DNA of 63,853 nucleotides, filler included, from Reclinomonas americana ATCC 50394 (lineage: Eukaryota), in NCBI GenBank assembly GCA_048213135.1. It is 5 parts of 3 records of this genome, joined end to end, with 100 filler letters (N's around TTAATTAATTAA, not from the genome) between each part and the next. Parts side by side here need not be neighbours in the genome. Positions count along the whole stretch, not along the records: positions 1 to 28,828 come from PS015094.1; positions 28,929 to 34,931 come from PS015094.1; positions 35,032 to 48,294 come from PS015095.1; 2 more parts are not named here. One strand, written 5' to 3'. Position numbers and translations under genes: made by a program. This document shows, piece after piece, positions 24,092 through 35,795 of the stretch (positions within the stretch are counted from its first letter, which is position 1; every line of letters starts with the position of its first letter). Below the pieces are notes generated by a model that made no database searches, had not been told where the DNA came from, and worked only from the letters and a program-made list of their open reading frames with translations.

Positions 24092-25435
24092 TTACATGGC
24101 ATACAACCGGGTCCACTCGCGCGCAAGGCGCAGCGCTTCTTGCTCGCGGTGGATCCACATGTCGGCGATTGTGTTGTCCTGGGGAGCGTGAGGAAGGATG
24201 AGGGGGGTGACGAGAAGGAGAGAGACAGAAGCGCATGGCACTGACCAGTGGGTCGTCCGGATTGGGGGCGCTCATCAGTGCCTGAATAGAGAGCAACACC
24301 TGCATGGAAACACCACCGATCAGCGGCCGCGTTCCACAGGCACATCCACTTGCAAAACACACACACACACACCGTGCTGACAGTCAGAGCGGGTGACCAG
24401 CTAATGTGAAAATCAAGCAAGGAAAGAGTGTGAGAGTTCGTGTTCCCACAATGCAGAGAACGAGAGAGCGACTCGTATTACCGATCCTGTTGTTGGGGGA
24501 GGTTTCCAAGAAACACACGAGAGCAACAATGAGCAACAACGCAAGACGCTTGTCAGCAAGACTTCCAGCGCAAGCAACCTTCAGGATGTCCAGGCAGATG
24601 CGTCCTACCATCACGACGCAGATCAGAATCAATGCATATCCACGACACACACATGATTGATGCAAGACTCACCGACACGGTCGACATTTGGCTATCGAGA
24701 ACAAAGAACGCGCACAAGTGAGCAATCACTCAAGCCAGCACACATACGCCTGCACAGTCGACGCACGTGATAGATCTTGGTCAGGAAGCGGACCTGCGAC
24801 AGAGATGGCGTGGTGAGCATCACAGAATGCTCCACACTGTTGGGCATTGAGCAGCACACCTTCGGTGGGTCCAGTGGGTACCCATCTTGCAAGAACAACT
24901 CCAGGTGGAACTTTCCGCCTGTGCACACATCATCATCATCATCATCATCATCATCAGCTGGTGCTGAAAATGAACACCCAGCAACACGCACCCTCTGCAG
25001 CAGCAGCACCAAACAGTGAGTGCGACAATCAAACTTGAGCACAGATCAACCAAAATGAAAACACGCACCAAACGGGCTGTCCACGGGACCCATCAGCTCC
25101 ACCTGCAAGTAGCGGAAGTTCTCCTCCGACGGTCTTACCACCATGCCATCCACAGGAGCTGCACAACACACACGAAAAAATCCAATATGAGCATGGCTGC
25201 GTTCGATCTCCCGGAAAATAGCACAACGCAGGGACAGGGCAAGAGCGAGACACGGACGCAACTCTCAAGCAGCTGCTTGATCTCGCCTGCAGTGCAGTGT
25301 GAGCACAAAAGAGAGAGAAGGTGAGTGAGTGAGGCAGAGAAGAGGTTGTGTGTGCAGCAGTGTGTGGTGAGAGTGTGTGTTGAGAGTGTGAGGTATGCAT
25401 ACGCAACGCTGCAATCGTCGTTCCATGCCTGCCAT
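24092..25435 (-). CDS. UBC13: Ubc13/UBE2N-like ubiquitin-conjugating enzyme, paralog A (12 exons including 3-, 5- and 24-nt microexons)
   Basis: [22 protein letters not shown]...[18 protein letters not shown]...[32 protein letters not shown]...SAPNPDDPL...[10 protein letters not shown]. Confidence 0.85.
24482..24486 (-). other. 5-nt microexon (GATCG)
   Basis: aacag|GATCG|gtaat supplies the D-R of ILKDRWSP. Confidence 0.8.
24928..24955. repeat. (CAT)n microsatellite inside an intron
   Basis: About 9 tandem CAT units. Confidence 0.9.
24992..24994 (-). other. 3-nt microexon (AGG)
   Basis: ctgcag|AGG|gtgcgt; ttt g|ag g|gc gga gives SPFEGG, the conserved E2 motif. Confidence 0.75.
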
Positions 25436-26186
25436 TCTCCTTTGTCTGCGCACAGAGATCGGAAGTGATCAAACACAGAGAGAGAGAGAGAGAGAAGTGA
25501 GCACGCGCGTGTGTGTATGAGCGATCAACAAGCACATACACAACACAGAGGAGAGAAAGAGAGAGAAAGAGAGAGAAAGAGAGAGAGAAGGGGATAAGAC
25601 ACAGAGGACAAGATGTGGACGGAGGTGGACAAGACGAAGGTCAGTCATTGCACGCACAACACACACAAAAGAAACCACAAATATTACTGGCACACACACC
25701 TCGTGTGCAGACAGAGACATACACGCAATGAGAGAGCGACAGCGCCACATGAGAGCACACGAGGGGAAGAGAAGAGTGCGAGTGCGACATCTCTCTCCCA
25801 AAAAACAAACGTTACACTGCTGACGCACGCACGCACGCACACATGCAAGTGACACACACACGCGTGAGAGCTACATACATGCACACACGCATACAGATGT
25901 GCGTGTGTGACAGAGAGAACGCTGCGCACCTGGTCCGTCACAAAAAAGCGATGCCGATCGACTGAATTGGCCCGTGGAAATCACGTTGCACTTTCGCATT
26001 TCGCAGACGCACGCGTGTTCTCTCTCTCTCTCCCTTGTCTTTTGAATAGTTTTTTTTAAGGTACGCACGCCTTGCACGCATCCCTCAACCACCCTCAATC
26101 ACTCACTGACTCTCTCACACACACGCAGTTAAACTAAAGTAATCCCCCTCTCTTTTCCCCCGTCTCTCTCTCTCTTTAATAACACA

Positions 26187-28828
26187 ATGAGTGATCCCGG
26201 TGGCGGTGGAGGCTCCTTGCGTTCCGATGCACCTCCCTTTCACATGCCTTCCTCTGCTCGTCGTCGCCATCAGCATCCACGACGACAAGGAGGAGGAGGA
26301 GAACGCGCAGAGGCAGCAGGCGGATCCGGAGAAGCAGCAGCAGCACCTCGCCCGCCTCCACGTCGACGTGGAGGCCACGCCGGTGCAGACACTGCGGCTG
26401 CAGAGTCACGCGGTATGCACTTATAGAGAAAAGGAGCCAGAAATACGCCCCCTGTCTCAAAATGGCTCCCCTTTCCCCGTTACGCAGTTGACGCGGACTC
26501 GGCGCCAGCACATTCCAAGAGGAACAGGAACAGAAACAAGCCGGCGGATGCGCGTCGCCCGGCACGCATGCAGCTGCCGGTGACTACTGCAGCTGCGGAA
26601 TCGGCGTCTGCGACGGTGATTAGTCCGAGTGGCGATGGTCGGCACTGCGTGGTGTGCTTCGAGGAGCGTGGGCTGTGGGGCGTTGGGCCCTGCAACCACC
26701 CCGACATTTGCCACTTGTGCGCGCTCCGTTTGCGCGTGCTGCATCGCGATCGGCGCTGCCCGCTGTGCAAGCAGGATATGGCCGAGTTGGTGGTCACGGC
26801 CGATCGCACAGTGCGCTTTGAGGATCTCATGCGGGCCAAGAGCGTGGCGGATCGCGTCGAGGTGCCCGAGGCGGAGGGCGCCGGTGGCAGCAGCAGCGGC
26901 AGTGGCCCCGATGGACTGCAGCTCGATCGCGTGTGGCAGGTGTATGCCGACAGTCGGGAGACGCTGACGGTGCTGCGGAATCTGCGACGGCCCACGTGCT
27001 CGGCGTGTGCCGACGGACATCGCTTCAAGCACCTTCGCGAGCTGCAGGATCACGCCCGTACCGCCCATCAGCTGCATTTCTGGTGCGTGATTGTCGTTTG
27101 TTTGCGTTTTATGAGTTTTCTCTTTGCTGATCTCTCCCCCGATCCACAGCGACGTGTGCCTCCGCTCGAAGAAGGCCTTCTTCGAGGAGCAGCTCATGTT
27201 CACCAAGTCGGCGCTGAAGAAACATCAACAAGACATGCACAAGGTGCAGTGAATGCTGTTTTTCCCACCCTCCTCTGTCGTCGCAAACACTAATCCCTCG
27301 TCACACGCAGATGTGTAAGTTCTGCAATCAGCGCCATTACTCGGAGGACGAGCTGTACGCGCATTTGCGCGACGCACACTTTACGTGCCCTGTGTGTGAG
27401 CGACGTGGTCTCTTTCACCAGTATTATGTTGCGTCTGCGGTCACGTTTTTCAGTTGGTGTGACGCACTCTCTGCTTACACACACGCCCGACGCACAGAAC
27501 ACCTACGACGATCTCGAGGTGCATTTCGGCGAAGATCACTTCCCGTGCTCTCACGAGGAGTGCCGACAGACCAAGTTTATCGTGTTTACCACCGAGTTCC
27601 AACTCAAGGAGCACTTTGTTGCGTCACGCACCTGGTACATCAAGAAAAAAATAGATCACTGACTCACCATTTCCTTGTGCAGTTGGAGAAGCACTCCAAG
27701 GGCCTGTCCAAGTGGGAGCGACAGCGCTTGGCCGACGAGCTGCTCAACAGCTCGGTGCGAGGAGTGGCCGGCAGCGACTCGGTGGCACTTGCTTCCGCCA
27801 GCGGCCCGGTGTTCCACACCACCTCGTCCTCCTCCTCCTCCGCGGCTGGAGCCGGCGATGATGGCGATGGTCGACGGTGAGTGCATGTGGCGCTCTCGGG
27901 CCGACGCGTTCTTGGTATTGACCCGTCTTCCCCTTCCCCATCCATTGCAGTGGCGGTCGTGGCAAGCGTGGAAAGCGCGGCGGTCGTGGAGGCGACGAAG
28001 ACGACGGACGCCCGCTCTCCCTGATTGAGCAGCGTGCCCGCGCCCAACAGCGCCAACTCCAGCAAGAGGCAGCATCGGCGGCGGCCGCAGCTGCTCCGCT
28101 CGATTCATCGGCCTTCCCCCCGCTCTCCGGTCCGACTCTGCTCGAGGAGATGGATCGCGAGTCGTCATACCCCCGACACGATGATGACAGTTGCGTGAGG
28201 GAGGCGAAGATGACTAGAAAAACAAAGCATCTCAATTTTTTGTGTGTTTTGTGTAGGCTTCGCTGGTCGCCAGGAGAGCTGGCCGGATCTGGACGGCGAC
28301 GGTCGACCGTTGCCGCCGGTGAGTCGCATCACTTGTTTTGTCTTGTGCAGTTCCTCACCTCTGCCACAGTTGCAAGCACCCTCCTCCAATGTCGGTTCCG
28401 GACCGCAGTGGTCCCGCCTGTTTTCCGAGAACGAGCTGCGCGAACTGCCCCCGGATCGTCGCCACGGCCTGGCCAAGGGCATTATTCCGCAGAGTTACGC
28501 TCTCTCCTCCCCTTGCTGTTGTCCTCGTATCCCCCCACTCGCTCACATCAACGATTCGATGTTGCAGAAACCAAGGCCGAGATTGAGAAAATGGAGCGCG
28601 ATCGTCGTCTGGCCGAGGCCTTTGGCATTCCCGCCGATCGTCCGTCGGGCGCCTGGCGTGAGGTTGGTTTCCCCGGTGTATTCTTCTCCTTCTCCTGATT
28701 CTCACCTGTCATTGCGCCGCCCGCAGATCCCCGCCCTCTACTCGCTGGAGGCGCTGACCATGGCACGCACAGACTCCAAGTTTGTGGAGCTGGTGGAGCA
28801 GCGGCTGATTGCGGTGCTGCGTTCGCGT
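26187..28828 (+). CDS. ZNF598: ZNF598/Hel2-like RING E3 ligase (3' partial)
   Basis: RING CVVC...GPCNHPDICHLCALRLRVLHRDRRCPLCK, C2H2-type fingers (CKFCNQRHYSEDELYAHLRDAHFTCPVC), YYNTYDDLEVHFGEDHFPC and an FPPL motif. Cut by the spacer. Confidence 0.85.
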
Positions 28829-28928
28829 NNNNNNNNNNNNNNNNNNNNNNNNNNNNNNNNNNNNNNNNNNNNTTAATTAATTAANNNNNNNNNNNNNNNN
28901 NNNNNNNNNNNNNNNNNNNNNNNNNNNN
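28829..28928. other. artificial 100-nt scaffold spacer
   Basis: N44-TTAATTAATTAA-N44, with stops in all six frames. Confidence 0.95.
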
Positions 28929-31900
28929 ACACAGACATGGCATAGGTCGACGAGCCTCGCTCACCATTGCAGACGACGGCGGTGGTGCGAACGGCGACAC
29001 GTAGGTGTCTTTGGTGCGCACCAGCATGGACCCGGCAGGGGACATGAGACGACGCGCCATGTCCTCATCCTCACCGTCGTCATCCTGCGTGGTGTCGGGA
29101 TCGGCAAAGAGGTCGGCGGCGGCCACCGGATCGGCCAGGTAGACTGCCCGTCGCCACTGGGTGGTGAAGTGCTCCGAGTTGGCCAGCTTGAAATCGTGCA
29201 GGTCGCGCTGAGCGGCGGCCAGCGCCGGGTAGCCCTGCACTCGCTCTGTCACGCCGGTGGTCTCGCGGGCCGCACACAACCACACAGAGTGCGCTTCGTC
29301 AAACGCATGAGCCTGTACATTGACCAGCGCAACCACCTTGCCCACCTGTGTGCCGATTATTCGTGAGTGCGGGGCTCGCTGTTTGTGCATGTGTTTCTCA
29401 ACACACCGCCAGGAAATCCCAGGCAAAATTGCGCGTCTGACTCTCTCGCCATGTCAAACTGAACAGCTTGTCCGAGGCGTCGGCCAGCAGCACCGTGTGC
29501 ACCTCCTCCACTCCATGTTCACCTGTCTCCAAACGCACAGGCAGCACCAGTGATGGACAAGGAGAAAAGTCAAGGACAGCGCACACCACGAAGGAAAATG
29601 ACAGTAGCAGAAGCAGCAAGCAAAAGCAAACAAAAAGGATATGCACCACGACGCCAACGCAGTCGAACTCGCGATATCGCACAATGGCGTCACCAAATGT
29701 GCGCAAGGTCCGCTCTGTGCGCAACGGGGTGAGCAGTGGTGTGCGTGACGCAGCGAAACGAAGCAAGTNNNNNNNNNNNNNNNNNNNNAATGCAACTGCA
29801 AAAGCTCTCGCGCAGCCACTCGGCATGTGCGTTGGGGCGCAACTGCACCGGCCGGAAGCGTTTCGTCGACTGCAAATGCACACTGTTGGAGGTAATGGTC
29901 GACACCAACGAGCCGGCTGCCGCCGCCGCCGAAGCGAAATTCGGCTGCTGCTTGCTCGGTGCCAAGCCGTACAACTGCACGTGGCGGAGTCAACAAGGCG
30001 CATGCACAACCACAAAGCATCACAAGTCGAGTTACCCGTAAAACTGTGCCCTCCTTGAATACCGAGTACAACTCGTCGTTGGCCTCCCAGATTTTCAGCA
30101 CGGTCTCGCTGCGTAGCGATTCGTGCATATCGATGAGGGTCACCGAGAACGACTGTGTGACGGATCGTTGCACGATCAAATCCTGCACCATGTGTGAGAG
30201 CAATCCTGCGAAGAGAAACAAGGCGATCCACAACAGTTACCCGTGTTTCGTCGTCCATGCGCGTGTGAAACTCTCGTTGCATCCACTCCATACGCTCCCG
30301 CTCCACGTCTGACGCCAGGAAAGAATGTACGATTCAGTCGCCCTCTCACTCCGCAACAATAGCAAAAAGCAGCGCACCGACATCCTCTGTCGTCCGCTGT
30401 CGCTTCGACGGGAATCGCTCCTTCTCCAGCTCCGCCAAGATGGTTTCTCGTATCTTCTCCACGGCCAGCTCCGTTTCGGTCTGCACGTAAACTCGTTCAG
30501 GTGTCTGGTCATCTGTGAGCACAGGTGCACCACTTGCCTCTTTGGCCTTGTTCGCTCGCTCCTCGGCACGCTCCGTGCGAGTCACCGTCAGTTCGTCGCT
30601 CACTCGCTCACGGAACAGAAGCGGATACCGCCGTTTCACCACGGCTGTCACTGAGTACACATCGCCACCGTCGGGCTCGATGGCGCCCAGCCGGACGTGC
30701 CCAAACCTGGAGGCAAACAAAGAGGTGAGATCGCACCAGCGACGGGTGGCAGTGGTCACACATGACACTCACGGTCGCCGTTGTTTGCCCAGCCTGTCGT
30801 TTGCTTTCGCTGCTCTTGTACTGTTCCCCGACAGCACCAGTCGCACCTCTTCCCGCTCGATCTCGAGTGGTGGACATGCGTCTTCGAGTCCCTCCAACTG
30901 CGCACCAGTGAGTCACAGCACGACACCCCTTCAAAGATGCCAATGAGAGATACGAACCCGCGCTCCCACACAACGGATCTTCATGCCCGGTACAATGCGC
31001 CCTTGATGAACCAGCGACATGAGTGGTGGGTCGATGCGGGCGTTCAGGGAGTACCAGCCGTCGGTCAGCTCCAGAGCGTACATTGGGTGCGGAGGTCGAC
31101 TGGGTGGGGGCGCCGGCGCTTGCGTCCTGGCACTGTGCATGGTAGCTGTGAGAAGGAACAGCAGCGAGCAGACTGCGCAATCTGCACACCTCTCGACATC
31201 CTCTGGCACCTCTTCTCCGTCATCGCCACTGTCCGAGTCTGCGGCTGCTGAGGAAGGCAATGTGGTGGCGGCGGTCGACGGTGGTGGCGACTCCAAACGC
31301 CGGACACTGGCCACACAAAGCACCATGTGCCACGCCGGCACGTCGTCCTTCTCACACACCTTGCGCAACAACGAACGCTTGCCTTGCTCGAACTCAGTCT
31401 GATACCGCCACACGAGATGCGACAAGATCCGCGGCGGTGTCAACCACGGCTCGGTGGGCGACAGCAGGTACGGGTACTTGCGATCAAACGACGCGAGTTT
31501 CCACACCACCCACCGATACTGATTCTTGACCCACTGCATCGGCGTGTAAATACCGATGCACGCAACTCTCTCACTCTCTTTCTCTTCCCCACAAACGCAA
31601 CATCATCAGTGGTGTGCTTTGCATTGGCGCCACCGACAAGCAACACCGTGCGCATTTGCTCCCATCCGATTGGACTGTGCAACGCACGCGCTGAGGGAAA
31701 TCGCAGACACAATACTGGCGATGCACCTACACAAACCCGCCGCGCAGCCACCAGTCCCCGAATGCAAGGTGCACCGACAGCACGTGGCGATGTCGCTGCT
31801 CCAACTGTTCGCCTGGAAAGAACTGGAAATCGGCGGCTTCCACACTTGTCATGCGCAACACGGCAACAGCTGTACGCACGCGAGAGTCAAGGACACAGGC

Positions 31901-34900
31901 CACCGAAACGCTGACCGATTGCAGGACTCAAGCAAAAAAAGGATATAGCTCGCGGTGGCGAGTGCGATCGTACTCGACCAGTGGATCGACGGCGAGACGC
32001 CCATCAGCCTGCAACTGTCGCAGTTCGGCGGGATGAAAGACGAATTCAGTCAGCTTGAGGCGTGTGCGACCATTGGACGCCCGGGCCTCCAGCAAGGTCT
32101 TGAACTGCAAGAGATGAGAAAAACACACCCGCAGTTGAGTGACCGGGAGGAATTGATGACGAAGCACCCCACACAGAGGAGAACCTCGTGGTCCGCGGCC
32201 TCTCGACTGCGATAAGATAAGTGGGATAAGTTTGACAACATGCAAAGAGGGATGACCACACGGCGGCAATACCTCAGAGCAAGATACAGCGGACGTCCGG
32301 CAACAGCAGAGAGCGCCAGCGCCTCGCGCAGGTCATCATCGGGGAATTCCTCGTCAAATTTTCGAGCCTCTTGCGACAGAGTGAGTGGAGGTGTGCTGAT
32401 TTCAGGCGCGGTGGCTGCAGGAGCACTCGACACGGGTGACGCAGCCGGTGGTGGTGGTGGTGATGGCGGTGATGGTGAAGGCGGTGACGCAAGCCGCAGT
32501 GGCTTTGTCGCACGACCGTGGCCCGACATGAAGCCACTTGTAGGCGGTGGCCTCGTCTCTTGTGTGTACAGATCGGCCAGTATATCTGCATTGCTGGTTG
32601 CGAGTGGCGGTGGTGGTGGTGGTGGCGGTGGTGGTGGCGGATCCACTTGACGGCCACGGCCCGTCATGAAACCAGTCGTCGGTGGCGGTCTCGCCTCCTC
32701 CTCGTACAGGTCTACGAGCACACCGGCATTGCTTGCTGCAGGTGGTGGTGGCGGTGGATCCACTTGACGACCACGGCCAGTCATAAAGCCCGCTGTTGGT
32801 GGTGGCCTCGCTTCCTCAGTGTAAAGATCGACCAACGGCCCAGCATTGCTGGCTGATGGTGGTGGATCAACCAGGCGACCACGACCCGTCATGAAGCCGG
32901 TCGTCGGCGGTGACCTTGCCTCCTCAGTGTACAAGTCGGCCAGCACACCGGCATTGCTGGCTGCTGCGGGTGGATCAACCAGCCGACCGCGGCCCGTCAT
33001 GAAGCCGGTCGTCGGTGGTGGCCTCGCTTCCTCAGTGTAAAGATCGACCAACGGCCCAGCATTGCTGGCTGCTGCTGCAGGTGGATCAACCAGCCGACCA
33101 CGACCTGTCATGAAGCCGGTCGTCGGTGGTGGTCTCGCCTCCTCAGTGTACAGATCGACCAACAGCCCAGCATTGCTGGCCGCGGGTGGTGGTGGTGGTG
33201 GTGGATCCACATGACGACCGCGGCCCGTCATGAAACCAGTCGTCGGTGGCGGTCTCGCCTCCTCAGTGTACAATTCGGCCAGCAAACCGGCATTGCTGGC
33301 TGCTGCTGCTGCTGGTGGATCCACTTGACGGCCACGGCCGGTCAAGAAACCAGCCGTCGGTGGTGGCCTCGCCTCCTCCGTGTACAAATCGGGGAGCACA
33401 GCGGCATTGCTGGCTGCTGCTGGTGGATCAACAGCACGACCGCGGCCGGTCATGAAACCAGTCGTCGGTGGTGGCCTCGCCTCTTCGGTGTACAAATCGT
33501 CCAGCACACCGGCATTGCTGGCTGCTGCAGGTGGATCAACCAGCCGACCACGACCTGTCATGAAGCCGGTCGTTGGTGGTGGTCTCGCTTCTTCAGTGTA
33601 CAGATCGGGGAGCACAGCGGCATTGCTGGCTGCTGCTGCAGGTGGATCCACTTGACGGCCACGCCCCGTCATGAAACCAGCCGTCGGTGGTGGCCTCTCC
33701 TCCTCCCCGGCAAAGAGGTCGGCGAAAATGGCACTGGCGACAGCGGGTGGATCCACTGCTCGACCACGACCCGTCACAAAGCCAGCCGTTGACGGCAGCC
33801 GCTCACGATCCGACGCATCAGCCAGCAGCGGTGGANNNNNNNNNNNNNNNNNNNNNNNNNNNNNNNNNNNNNNNNNNNNNNNNNNNNNNNNNNNNNNNNN
33901 NNNNNNNNNNNNNNNNNNNNNNNNNNNNNNNNNNNNNNNNNNNNNNNNNNNNNNNNNNNNNNNNNNNNNNNNNNNNNNNNNNNNNNNNNNNNNNNNNNNN
34001 NNNNNNNNNNNNNNNNNNNNNNNNNNNNNNNNNNNNNNNNNNNNNNNNNNNNNNNNNNNNNNNNNNNNNNNNNNNNNNNNNNNNNNNNNNNNNNNNNNNN
34101 NNNNNNNNNNNNNNNNNNNNNNNNNNNNNNNNNNNNNNNNNNNNNNNNNNNNNNNNNNNNNNNNNNNNNNNNNNNNNNNNNNNNNNNNNNNNNNNNNNNN
34201 NNNNNNNNNNNNNNNNNNNNNNNNNNNNNNNNNNNNNNNNNNNNNNNNNNNNNNNNNNNNNNNNNNNNNNNNNNNNNNNNNNNNNNNNNNNNNNNNNNNN
34301 NNNNNNNNNNNNNNNNNNNNNNNNNNNNNNNNNNNNNNNNNNNNNNNNNNNGCGCCGAGTTGACGCTGTCGCAGCAACTCGATACTGGTGCCGACGACTT
34401 CGACGATGCCGACTTTCTTTCCGCGTGCACGTCAGTGCTCGATCGAGCTTCTGCGCAGCGTGCGCCATCACGTTGCGTCGCCCCCCGAAACATTCGTTTT
34501 GGAACCGATCGCTCACCACGCCCACGCAGGAAATGATCGCGGCTCGCACGACTCGTCGTCGACGCCGGACAGCTCAGTGCCGTCACAGCTGCTTGCACTG
34601 TGTGCCATGGTTGGTGACTCACCAATGTCGACGCCGTCATCTGATGCGGATGCGCTCGCTGCGTTGTGTAGCCTTGCTGCGGAGGACGGCGATGTTGCGT
34701 CTGGTGGTGTTGTGCACTCCACAGAATGCGTTCTTGCGTTTCATGCTGACGTATGTCTGTCTAGACATCGACGCCACCACTCAGCGGCGAGGCCATCGCC
34801 GCTCCTGGCGCCAGTTTCGGCTTTTGCACGGGACGCAGTCGGCCTCTCGCGGTGGACATGAAGAAGGTGCCCGCCAGTCTTGCGCGAGATCTTCAGTCGT

Positions 34901-34931
34901 CATCACCACCACCACCACCACCGCCACCGGC
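28929..34931 (-). CDS. BRCA2: BRCA2 homolog (partial; the 34352-34931 piece is on the + strand because of misorientation)
   Basis: Helical domain WVKNQYRWVVWKLA...GKRSLLRKVCEKDD; OB1 MVLCV...ELTDGWY...GNSTR...LG; OB2 LKIW...KEG; OB3 EFDCVGVVV; BRC-like repeats upstream. Confidence 0.92.
32500..33800 (-). repeat. tandem array of 11 complete plus 1 partial BRC-like repeats (about 105-140 nt units)
   Basis: Unit: PPPT[TA]GFMTGRGRxVDPP(P/A)nSNAGxLxDLYTEEAR. Confidence 0.85.
34352..34931 (+). other. misoriented contig with upstream BRCA2 exons
   Basis: The plus strand has GT-AG introns and ends ...GFCTGRSRPLAVDMKK...SSSPPPPPPPPP. This is a BRC-like motif plus poly-Pro that would lead into PPLLADAS on the minus strand at 33835. 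Confidence 0.65.
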
Positions 34932-35031
34932 NNNNNNNNNNNNNNNNNNNNNNNNNNNNNNNNNNNNNNNNNNNNTTAATTAATTAANNNNNNNNNNNNN
35001 NNNNNNNNNNNNNNNNNNNNNNNNNNNNNNN
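34932..35031. other. artificial 100-nt scaffold spacer
   Basis: N44-TTAATTAATTAA-N44. Confidence 0.95.
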
Positions 35032-35724
35032 TGTAGAGCACGGCGGACGGGCGAGTCACCGGCGCGTGCCGCAGTCGACCAAGCGTGCGGGCCAAACCAC
35101 TCGCTTTCGCAGTCACGCCGGCGGACAGCGCCTGCCGTGCCGCCACTCCCTGCACACACACAAAGGCAATCAATGAGCGACGTGCCACACACCACCACCA
35201 CCACCACCATCAGAGAGCACATCATTACTCACCCCCAGACGCCGCGCAGGCCGCAGCTGCGACACCGTCGCCAGCACCGACGGCTGCAACACGACATCCG
35301 CCGGCGGACCGGGCGACACCGGAGGCGACGCCGGTTCCGGTGACACACGCCGCACACACTCCCCGCCGTCGTCATCATCATCATCACCAACCTCCATCTC
35401 CATCGCATCCCACGCATGCACGCACACAGCATCATCATCATCACACAATGTCTCATCCACGTCAAACATGTCATCATCGCCATCACCAACGCTGTCGCCA
35501 TCGCCGTCTTCTTCTTCTTCTTCCTCCTCATCACCAAACAAGTCAATCACGGTCAATCGACGTGCCTCCACTGGCACACTCGACGATCGCCTCCCGCCAC
35601 TCGACGGCGACGACAGCGGCGAGCACATCTCCTGCATCACTTGCGACGATGAAGGCGGCGGCTCGTGTGCACGAGGTAACGAGCATCGCAGTCGACGCGG
35701 CGACACCTCTTCACTCTCGCTCAT
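35032..35724 (-). CDS. hypothetical protein, acidic/Ser-Pro-rich N-terminus (3' partial)
   Basis: ORF MSESEEVSPRR...EEEEEEEDGDG...ARRLG|gtgagt intron. No recognisable domain. Confidence 0.5.
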
Positions 35725-35795
35725 CGCAGAGAGGTTTGCTTTGAGTGGCGCGAAGGTGACGTCATCACCTTCGATTTGTCTGTGTTCTGCTTTCA

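Noticed and set aside
22793-28828. Ubc13 pair plus ZNF598 as a functional K63-ubiquitin gene cluster
   Set aside because: Adjacency only; the characterised E2 partners of Hel2/ZNF598 are Ubc4/UBE2D-type, and there is no synteny evidence.
28873-28884. TTAATTAATTAA as a piggyBac target site or regulatory element
   Set aside because: Always centred in exactly 100-nt N blocks; it is a synthetic six-frame stop linker.
32500-33800. Repeat array as CRISPR-like or satellite DNA
   Set aside because: Units stay in frame, differ largely at synonymous sites and by codon-length indels, have no unique spacers, and sit within BRCA2.
35032-35724. Acidic ORF as the BRCA2 N-terminus
   Set aside because: Separated from BRCA2 by a synthetic spacer and has no BRCA2 motif.
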